Shown: piece by piece, positions 44,738 to 54,067 of the stretch
How positions within the stretch are numbered: position 1 is the stretch's first letter
Layout of the letters: each line of letters opens with the position of its first letter
NCBI GenBank assembly: GCA_000708835.1
Contig: DF237531.1
Span: 1 to 56,452, forward strand
Reading direction: 5' to 3'
DNA: 56,452 nt
Source: Klebsormidium nitens
Lineage: Eukaryota > Plantae > Klebsormidiophyceae
Translations under genes and position numbers: made by a program
Notes under the pieces: generated by a model
Databases searched by the model: none
Seen by the model: only the letters and a program-made list of their open reading frames with translations
What the model was told of the DNA's origin: nothing

Positions 44738-47340
44738 ATCCAGCAGTGCTAGCCGTTTGCAGCCCTGCGCTAGCGCCATCAGCCCTTCTCCGTCCAGGTG
44801 CTCATTTCCGCTGACGTCAACGTTCTCGAGGTTCGGACAACGCACGGCTAGCGTCCGGAAGTCCTCGGCCCGCAGGGGGCAGTCGCTGATGTCAAGCTGA
44901 CGCAAGGTCGGGCATGGCAACCCGGAGTCGAGTCTGATGAGGAAGTCATTGCGAAACAGCATCAGCTTCTCTAGCTTTTCGCATCCGTCGAGGACCTGCA
45001 GATAGAGATCCGTTTCAGAGAGGGCGTCCGCGGATGCATTCGTTATTGGCGACCATGAGTTTGGACCCTGTAGTAGTGGATTCAAGGGTAGTCTTTTGCC
45101 ATATCGAGGACGCAATGAAAGCTAGGCGGGTTCCTTGACAAACTAACGCCCACGCAACCACGTCACAGCCACCTGTACGGAAGGGCAAAGAGGGTGAGCG
45201 GTTTGATTACCCTCTGGCGGAGGCATGGCTGGTCTTACAGCTGGTGACTCGTCGAAGGTTTCCAGTTCGACAAGTGGGACTCTTTTGACTTCACGGGCGA
45301 ACATTACTAGAACAAATTTTCGGTGCCGTTGGGGAGCTTCGGTTTTGACCAGACATATGCTTGAAAACCTCAAGTCAAAGTATCTCCGATGTGTTGTTTC
45401 CTTCCTTGATGCTTCTTCCAGAATTGCATCCTGTTGCTGGCTCGCAAAGATTTCACAGAAATGCAAGCGAAATGCGAGCAGATCAAATGAACGCTGCGTT
45501 TCCACCTGGCCAGCTTGACATGCTCATAACCGTAAGAGGCATGCCTTCGCTATTTTCGGCACGTTTCAGAGCAAACAGGCTTGGTTGTAACAAAAGCACG
45601 GAGAATGAACACACGATTGGAAGGAGACGAGCATCAAGCCAGTAGATCTCGTTGACGAAAATCTTGAGGCAAATGATTCATAATGGAACTGCGATCAAGT
45701 ACTCATAGAAGGTAGACGCCCGGATTCATGAGCGACGAATAGAGGATGGAGACGCAAAGTTCGTGGAGCCAAAAAGTGTCCACATACGCTTTTAGGAAAC
45801 CAGGTACCGAGGGAAGGACAAGAGGGAAAACGGGGCTCAGGGACATTCTATAATTGGACGGTGCGAGGTGTGACTCACATCGGATAAGGCGACTCCGCTC
45901 ATGCAGAAGCCGGCGCCCGCCTCGAGTGATGTCAGAGCGGAGCAATGCAGCGCAATCGAATTCATGGTGCCATTGCCCACGTAGTCGCACTCACTGATGG
46001 CGAGCGTGTGCAGTTTTGGCCAGGGAGCGCCTGGGAAGTGAAGAAGAGTGAGTTCTGTTGAAAGGGACTGTTGTGATTCCCAAGAGGGACTTCAAGTTGC
46101 TTCGTGCGAGGCATAAGGGCTCATCAAATATTCGTTTGCAGCCAAGCTGGGGCAAACATTGAGGGATCTTGGAAAAGGCTATAAGCTCCTGGCGGCAATT
46201 CGGAAAGTTCGATTGCGTCATTGGAAACGGTCGTGTTTCTGGGTTGCGTGATTGTGGGTTGATCACGGCTTGTGTTGTCAACCTGGGGCCTTGTGATTAC
46301 TGAAGATTAGCCATGTGGGCTGGATGGAAGGTGCGGTTGGGCAGCTTTTATTCCCCCCGCCGGTTTTGTTGAGAGGAATACGTACTTGTCAAAACAGAAG
46401 CTCTCTTCGAACAGGCAAGGCGTTAAACAATACCAAGCCGATAAACGGAGCGAGCAAGCAACAAGCCCACCTTTTAGGAATGCCTTTTTGCGCAGGTTTC
46501 CCAACCCAGCTCTCTGGATCACGAGCTCCTCCAACTGCCCGCCTCTCAACTTTCCGAGCGACCGCAGTCCCTTGTCCGTCACGCGATCACACCCGCTGAT
46601 TCTGAGAACTTTGAGAGCGACGCCGGCCCTTGCTATTGCCTTGAGACTGCGATTGTTCAGTTCTGCGCACTCCAGCAGGTCAAGTCGGGTTAACGCTGAC
46701 CACGATCCCTCGCTAAGGCACACGTTCCACGGCACGTCTGGCTCCATCTTGCATTGGGTCAGGTCAAGCTGAACCAACGACTTTGAAAACCTTCCCGCAT
46801 TTTCCGGAACCACTCCCGGCTCAGCGTGTTCCCAGAGAGGTTTACCGAAGTCAGCTTCGTGCACTGCGCCAGCACGTGCGCAATGCCTGCTGACGTCAGA
46901 CCCCCCGCGGTGCTGACGTCATGCGCTGAGGTCACTTTTAGGCATGCAAGGGTCAGCTCCGTCAACCCCGGGCAGCGCCGCGCGACATTTAGCAAACCCG
47001 CGTCTGACACACCCTCGCAGAACGACAAATCGAGCGTAGTCAGGGTCCGGGCGCAGGGGGCTGACGTCAGCCCGTCCAAGCCGTGATCCGAAAGTTCGGT
47101 GGGCGCCCCGCAGTCGTGCAGCAAAAGCGCCCGCAGCTTTGTGCACGAATGCGCAATCCCCGTGACGGCCGAATCGAGATTCCAGGCGTCACTTTGACTG
47201 CCACTTTCCCCGCTTCCAAACGCACACTCGCGTGACTTCTTCCCGGACTCTCTTTTCCCCACTTCATCCAGCATCTCCGCAGACGCGGCGAGGAAAAACA
47301 TCAGCGCGTTGGTTCCAGTTGGTTGGCTTTGATTGGTCAA
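44738..47340 (-). CDS. RNI-like/F-box-LRR-type leucine-rich repeat protein, partial model, with a 1-nt frameshift at 46786-46789
   Basis: Exons (-) ~47274-46471, 46030-45879, 44995-44738. Cys-containing LRRs LTTLDLSFCEGVSDAGL, LKVLRISGCDRVTDKGL, LHTLAISECDYV, LRQLDISDC, LENVDVSGN. First and last exons unresolved; no F-box seen. Confidence 0.72.
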
Positions 47341-48647
47341 TCATGATTGAGGATTGGAATTGTAAAAGCAGGATAGACTAGTAGCAACCTGCACAATTGG
47401 GACTGCTTTGCTTTTCCAGTGCAAGAACCACTCATTGTTCAACTTTCACTGTTGAGCTGACTGTATATGGTCACGATCTCAGTAGATGCTTTGTTCTGTT
47501 CTGGACTTGTGCAGCTATAAAGTCCAGCAGTTGAAAATGAAGTTACTATAAATTGCGGCTTTTCTGGCATAGCTCATGCACAGTCCAGATGTAAAGTGGC
47601 AGCTAGTGTCCTTCTTCACTTCCCCGACGTTAGAGTCTCAGTCATACTTTCTCTTCAGAAAAGGGGCTTGTATAAGATCTGACCGAAGAACAATTCATGG
47701 CAGTGCATTCTAAGATGTCCAATCACAAGCACTCTGATTTACTACAAAGCCATACCACCACCAATCAACATGTCTAAACATTGTAACAATGAACAGATTG
47801 ACTTGCCATTTAAAAATGATCGAATATCTGTTTCATCGGTGTATCAATTCGGTCTTTTGAAAGCAAGGGGCCTGACCGCATTCCCCAATTGAATGCACTC
47901 CTTGGCAATCATATAAAAGCTCACCTTCAGATAAAGCTTCCACCTGGCGCATGCGCTTCCCACTCCTGAGCTCCATTGCAAACCAGGGGCGGCAGACGCA
48001 GCTTCAATGGCAACATTCGGCTATCTGAACAAAGAAGGAAGGAAGCCCGCATTTTCTGCAAGCTGCTTTTGTCAGGTGTGTCAAATAAATGTAGGCAGCA
48101 AAATGCTGCAATTGCTCGGTTTACAATTAAAGGCGGAATATTCAAGAATATCTGGCTTGAATTCGCAAGCCTAGCCCCTAGTTCGAGGTCGCATTTTCTG
48201 ACTGTTAAAACACAGTATTTCATATAGAAATGCGTGGAAAAGGTCTTATACCGATATTTAGTGCACAACATTTATCGGTATTAAAATATTGGTAGTATCA
48301 CTGTACCGGGGCCGAGCATGTACCCGCTTGACTCGATATCTAGTTGCCAAGTATACGGTACTGGCATTGAACTTGTCGGCCGCCCTGCCGACCGCGAGGC
48401 ACAAGGCCGCAACCTCGGTCGGGCAGGCCCCGGCCGGCACGTGCAGGGTTCAGGGTTTATGCCCCCAAAAAAAGGTTTTCGGGGCATCGAACCTCAAAAC
48501 CCGTCGAAAACAGGAGTCTGCAATTTCAGGTTTTGAGTCTCTGAAATCAGCTTTCGACGGGCCGAAGCAGGCTTAATAGAGTGAACCAGTCTGCATCGCC
48601 ACTTCCCCCTTTTTCAAAGCCCCGGGGTCGATTGCGACAGCTCGGTA

Positions 48648-48968
48648 CCGTACGACCAAGGTATGATTCCGAATAAATAAACAATTATCTGCATTCGGAA
48701 AGTTGGAAACTCCGGATAAGCAGTCGGATTCTGCTTTTTCGGAAATCGAAAATAATTGCTAAATCCCGTTCGGAAAATGATTTGTAGGCCGTATGAGTAT
48801 ACGGTACGTACCGTATGCGGCGACAAACCTCGAAAACGTAGGTACCGAGGTACCTCCTGGCCATTCGGATTTAGGGTAAGAAAGTGGAAAATAATACATG
48901 ATTTGGGCTCGCATTCGCTAAAATAATTGCTTTTTTCGAGCATTCGGAATCATACCTTGGTCGTACGG
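48648..48968. mobile_element. 321-bp MITE with CCGTA termini and TA flanks (Tc1/mariner-pogo, Tc2-like ends)
   Basis: GTACCGTACGACCAAGGTATGATTCCGAAT (48645-48674) is the exact reverse complement of 48942-48971. TA at 48646-47 and 48969-70. Confidence 0.8.
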
Positions 48969-49294
48969 TACTGACTTTGTTCTGACTTTTGAGCTAAAAA
49001 GTGCCTGAGCAAATATCCAAGCTAGCTAAGCATTTCCGTCGATTTAGGGTTTTGACATCATCAGCTTGGAGGTTTCAGCGCTGCATGCAATGCAGCGATC
49101 TACCCTAGTAAAAGGGTTCGGCCGAAACCGGCGACGCCTGCAAATTCAACGGTCCAGATGGTTTCTTTCGCTATATAGCCCAGAGGGCAACTTGAAAGAA
49201 ATAGTGTACATGTGGTGAATGTGGTGGACGGATTTATCTACGGATCCTCACCTAACGATCAAGCGTTCAATTCCTAGCAAGAGCAACAGCGTCA

Positions 49295-49328
49295 ATACAT
49301 ACATACATACATACATACATACATACAT
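49295..49328. repeat. (ATAC)n microsatellite, ~8.5 units
   Basis: Seen directly in the sequence. Confidence 0.95.
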
Positions 49329-50264
49329 CAGTTAAAGAGAATGGCCACCTTACTAGGGTTACGTTTGCGGGTATGTCAGTTAGTCATTGTGCACGAGCGG
49401 GTAACAATCATTTCTATTCAAAATGGTGTCAAGAGGTCTGGATGAAAGTGGGGGCACGGAAGGAGTTGCTTGCTTTTGGCACCGGATGAAGACACTTTGT
49501 TGCCAGATCATTGGGTTTGATCGGCAACCGAGTGCTTATAAAATTGACGGGGTTACGGTTTCAAATCGAACGGATCACTTCGGCTGTTTCCACAGTGGAC
49601 ATGATCGGACGGTAAAAAGCTCTATAGGCAAGCAATCTAGGTTGGGATGCGCGTACCTATGTCAAGTCAGAAACGCGGTCAAACAAGTCAGCGTTAATGA
49701 TTTTGGCCAATCACGGGACGAATAAACGGTGTCATTACCGGGGCGTACTCGAAACTATAATAAGGTGTCAAACAAGCCCGTACCGAAGCATGGAGCTTTT
49801 GAGTTCGGAAACATGAAATTATCTATCTATTAGTTTTGCATAGTAGGTCCTAGATGTCTAATTTCAATGTATATATGAAGCCCGGGTAGGCAACTGATGT
49901 TTTTAATAAACGTACAGGTGATCCATACTATGTCAGTGGGGGCCTGAACACCCATTTTTGGGCATTCATTTGGACTCCTTCAGGCCAGGCTAGTGCGCGC
50001 CTGAAAACCGTCGCGCAATGCCTGAACAGTATAGCTAAGGCTCGACTACAAGCCTTGCGCGTTTTCGCGCAACGTCGAAAGCAAAGTTCCGCCGAATTCA
50101 GGTTCCGTGACCGTTCCGTTCTTCCCCGTAAGGCTTGAACGCTACCTGAGACGTCAAGAAGAGGTACCGTACCGTGGGTCTTGAACAAGTACCGTAGGTA
50201 CGCGCCGCAATAAAATTACCCTTATACTAGGTGCGTACCGGCTTGTACACCAAAAATACGTACT

Positions 50265-50680
50265 TTTCTGAAATTCATTCAGACTTCATTCAGGATCCTT
50301 CTGAATCCTGAATGTCTGGACCGGGGGACTGGGCCTTGGATCCGTGGGTTTGGTTAAGTTAAAGTATGGTCGGTCCGAGGTAACCGGGGGGGGCAGCCAC
50401 CGGAGGGGTTTCAGAAATTCAGGGTTCAGGAGAACCCTGAATGAACCCCGAATGAATATTCAAGGGGCATTCATTCGGGGTTCATTCAGGGTTCTTCTGA
50501 ACCCTGAACTTCTGAACCGAGGCCCCGCGGGGCCCGGACCGTCCCCCTGCGGCCACCGTGGGTTTCCAGAAATTCAGGGTTCAGGAGAACCCTGAATGAA
50601 CCCTGAATGAATATTCAAAGAGCGTTCACATTCGGGGTTCATTCAGGGTACGTTCTCCTGAACCCTGAACATCTGAACTG
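50265..50680. repeat. Tandem array of long hairpins (155-bp period, 48-bp arms) built from TTCAGGG/CCCTGAA motifs
   Basis: Unit 1 arms 50410-50457 and 50469-50516 pair at 46/48. Unit 2 spans 50565-50678. A degenerate right arm lies at 50268-50318. Confidence 0.9.
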
Positions 50681-50746
50681 AGGCCCCGGGGCCGGACCGT
50701 CGCCTGGGGCCATGGTTTGCATTTTGGTACCCGGGCCTGTTGTGAC

Positions 50747-51214
50747 NNNNNNNNNNNNNNNNNNNNNNNNNNNNNNNNNNNNNNNNNNNNNNNNNNNNNN
50801 NNNNNNNNNNNNNNNNNNNNNNNNNNNNNNNNNNNNNNNNNNNNNNNNNNNNNNNNNNNNNNNNNNNNNNNNNNNNNNNNNNNNNNNNNNNNNNNNNNNN
50901 NNNNNNNNNNNNNNNNNNNNNNNNNNNNNNNNNNNNNNNNNNNNNNNNNNNNNNNNNNNNNNNNNNNNNNNNNNNNNNNNNNNNNNNNNNNNNNNNNNNN
51001 NNNNNNNNNNNNNNNNNNNNNNNNNNNNNNNNNNNNNNNNNNNNNNNNNNNNNNNNNNNNNNNNNNNNNNNNNNNNNNNNNNNNNNNNNNNNNNNNNNNN
51101 NNNNNNNNNNNNNNNNNNNNNNNNNNNNNNNNNNNNNNNNNNNNNNNNNNNNNNNNNNNNNNNNNNNNNNNNNNNNNNNNNNNNNNNNNNNNNNNNNNNN
51201 NNNNNNNNNNNNNN
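50747..51214. other. Assembly gap (468 N)
   Basis: Run of N. Confidence 1.
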
Positions 51215-51272
51215 GCCCGCCTCCACCCGTCTTGTGTCTGCGATGCAGTCCAAGACCCATCAGAAAAGATCA

Positions 51273-54036
51273 CTACGTGCCGTAACCTTTTGTGAGCGCC
51301 CCTAGGAGCTCGGTGGTGATAAGGTTGTTTCGTTCGCAAGAGTGAAGAAGCCGGATTACGTCTTTGGTGGTTTTAAAGTGAGATCCTTTCGTGTTTCCTG
51401 TTGAGGGCTTGTTTGCCATGTTGTCTGGCTTGCTGAGCCAGCGAACGTTGTCAATTGTGTAGTGTCTAAGCGGATCTTTGCGGTCGAGTTGATATTCTGA
51501 TGAAGATTCGAGGGGCCAAAGTGGTAGCGCTCCGAGAAGAAGGTCGATGACGTAAGCGAATGCGAAGAAGGCATATTTATCCCGTTGACTTGAGATTTTG
51601 CCTTTTGGCATGTAGAAACCCTTCCACGCGAACGTAAGTCTTGTGGTCGCGTACGCACTGTCAAAGTGAACCCGGTTAATCAAAGACTCCCATTTCTCGT
51701 AAATGGGGTGATCCGTGTTCTTGACAACCATTTTTTTACCGTTCTTGTACTCTCTCAGTTTCAGAGGGCACATGTTGTAGACCGATGATTTGTATTTCAG
51801 GAGGCAAGTATCCAGGTTGGTAAGTGCGTTCTGTGTAAATGTGATGAATTGTGAAATGAGTGGAACGGAGGGATTTTTATACACGTCGGTGGCGTATAGG
51901 AATTTCGTGACGAGATAGTGTACCTGACTCGGGAGTTGGTCGTTTTGTACCAGTCCTCCGTCGGGTGCAGTGGTCAGGTCAGAATTGGAAACCGATGTCA
52001 CAGCGCGTGTCTGTGACTGTGTGAAGAAGAGTTTGCGAAAGCGCTTAGGTGCTTTTTTCAGTACGGAATTGCGTGGTGAACACGAGCCCCCGTGTGGTAG
52101 GCTGACCACAGAAGAGACGTTCGAGACTGCTCCGTCCTTGACAAAGGATGGATCGACTGGAAAAGTCATGTAACAAGTCAAGAAGAACGCGTGGATGTCG
52201 TTCGACTTAGAAAGACCTAAGGATTGCAGCGTTGCGACATCCGAAGAAAATCTTGTGATGGGCCGATTGCTGTATAGGTCCAAGCAAATCTGACTGCCTG
52301 CGAATTCGACTGGACGAGAGTACATTGCTGTCAGAATGACCAGCAAACCTTCAGTTGCTTTTTCCGAGGGAGTTTCAGAATTGAGATCAATTAGTAGACG
52401 TGTGTTTGAAGAGATTTCAAACATACTACGATAAAGAGATTCAAGGGGAGAGAGTTTACTTTCGTTCTCGTCGCGCAGGGAGCGGTTCTCTTCCTGCATG
52501 CTGCCCATGGCCGACTGGAGCGACCGCATCTGGTCCTCTTTTTCATGCTGCGCCTGCATCAGCTTGGCCACGTCCTCTTGCAGCGACTGAGTGAGTAGGG
52601 AAAGTCTGTGCGTCTCATCATTCTGTCCCTTCTGTGCGTTCTCTTGCACAAGAGCCTGAAAGTTCACGGCAGGGATATTGCCGGGAGTCTGTTGAGTTTG
52701 GCTGTTGGGGCGGGCTGCGTCCGTTTTGGCACCCGCGGCTTCGGGGTTAGGATTCGGTGCGGTCAGCTGCGTGGGCTTGGCCGTGTTCTCGAGAGGGGGA
52801 GGATTCGCGATCGGGGGGGGGGGTTGGCTTGTTTCTGACCCCGGATTCAGCTGGGTTTGTTTCTCCGTAGGCTCCAGGGGTTTCATTGACCTGGGCCTGC
52901 CACTCCTTGTGTCTCGCGAACGCCTTCGATTGACGAACTGCTTCTCTGGCTTCCGTGTGGCCCAGGAGGCACTTGGTGTCAAAAACGCACTTCTCTTTGG
53001 GGGTGTGGAAAGCTGGGCACGGCCTTTCCGCCTTGGGTGCATGCGAGAATTTGCACGCCGGGTCGGGGCATGGTTTGTCCTGAGCCGTGTTCACACAGAG
53101 TTGTGTGAACTCGCCCTTCACGGTGGTGAAGTAGGGCATCACCTGCTGCCTGAGGACGGGGGGTTTCGGCTGCGGTTTGTCGTACGGTGTGCCCGGTTGG
53201 GCGCGGTTGCTGCCGTTCTTCGGGGTCTGCACACGAGGGTGGTTACGGATTGGACCGACCGGGTTACTGTTCATCCCGGGTGGGTTTCGAGGGTTCTGCC
53301 ATGCGCCTGGTCCGTTTCTCTGCGCTGGTGTGAACTGGTTTGAGTAAGAGGGCCTCCCGGGTGGATTCTGCGGTGGCGGGGTATAGGACGGGTTAGGACC
53401 TGGGTTGACTGGTTGGACCGGGTACAGTTCAGTTCTCTGGGCTTGCGGAATTGCGTTACGACCCCAGGTTGGTGGTCCGCTCAGGTTCCCGGTGGATCCG
53501 TGTCCAGGGTTTTGCCATGTCGATTCCGTTCCCCATCCCTGGGGTTGGTTTCCCCAGGAGTGGTTGGGTTTGTGGTAACCGTTGTCCGGAGGGTTAAGGG
53601 GTGGGTTGGTGTAGGTAACCGGGGGAGGGGCCGGATGCTGTGCTCCGTGGGGGGGGGTAGGATTGGCTCGGGGGGGGCGGCCGGGGGTTGGTAAGGAGGG
53701 GGAGCGGAGAAGTTATACGTTGGTTGGGGGGGCGCGTTAGCCGGTGGGGGAGGTCCAATGACGTTGGGGTAACCCTGTGCCTGTGGCGCAGGATATTGCG
53801 CCACAGTGAAGGGTCCCTGCTGGGGAGGGGCTGGGGCTGGGGGGGGTGGGAGAATGGGTTGTGGTGCTGGCTGAGCCGCGACCGTCGGAGCCGCGAATGT
53901 TTGAGCGTAGACGAAGGTTGTTGTCGGCTGTGGAGGACGGTGCGGCGGGGATCGGCGCGGATGGCGGGGGCTGTTGTTGCTGAAACGGTGACGTCATCAT
54001 TGCGTAGGCTGGAGTCGCGTACGTGTAGGGCAGCAT
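51273..54036 (-). CDS. ORF2 of the retroelement (~920 aa if three homopolymer frameshifts are corrected): Pro/Gln-rich N-terminus, 2x CCCH zinc finger, coiled coil, C-terminal HNH-like nuclease
   Basis: Joins ORF pieces 54036-~53945, ~53945-~53670, ~53670-~52820 and 52820-51273. Fingers C-x8-C-x4-C-x3-H and C-x9-C-x5-C-x3-H at 53096-52957. HPIYEKW...LDRKDPLRHYTIDNVRWLSKPDNMANK at ~51710-51410. Confidence 0.7.
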
Positions 54037-54067
54037 GTTTCCTGTGACAGAAAATTGGGTTAGGTAA

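Noticed and set aside
47927-48487. Upstream exons or an F-box for the LRR gene
   Set aside because: No F-box motif or consistent splice phase found.
51215-51272. Hammerhead ribozyme at the retroelement 3' end (CTGATG on the minus strand)
   Set aside because: No CTGANGA..GAAA core or stems visible before the gap.
50626-51339. Five 190-240 aa ORFs in the ORF track
   Set aside because: Artefacts of translating through the N gap.
52705-54047. Plus-strand Gly/Val/Trp-rich ORFs
   Set aside because: Antisense shadows of the Pro-rich ORF2.
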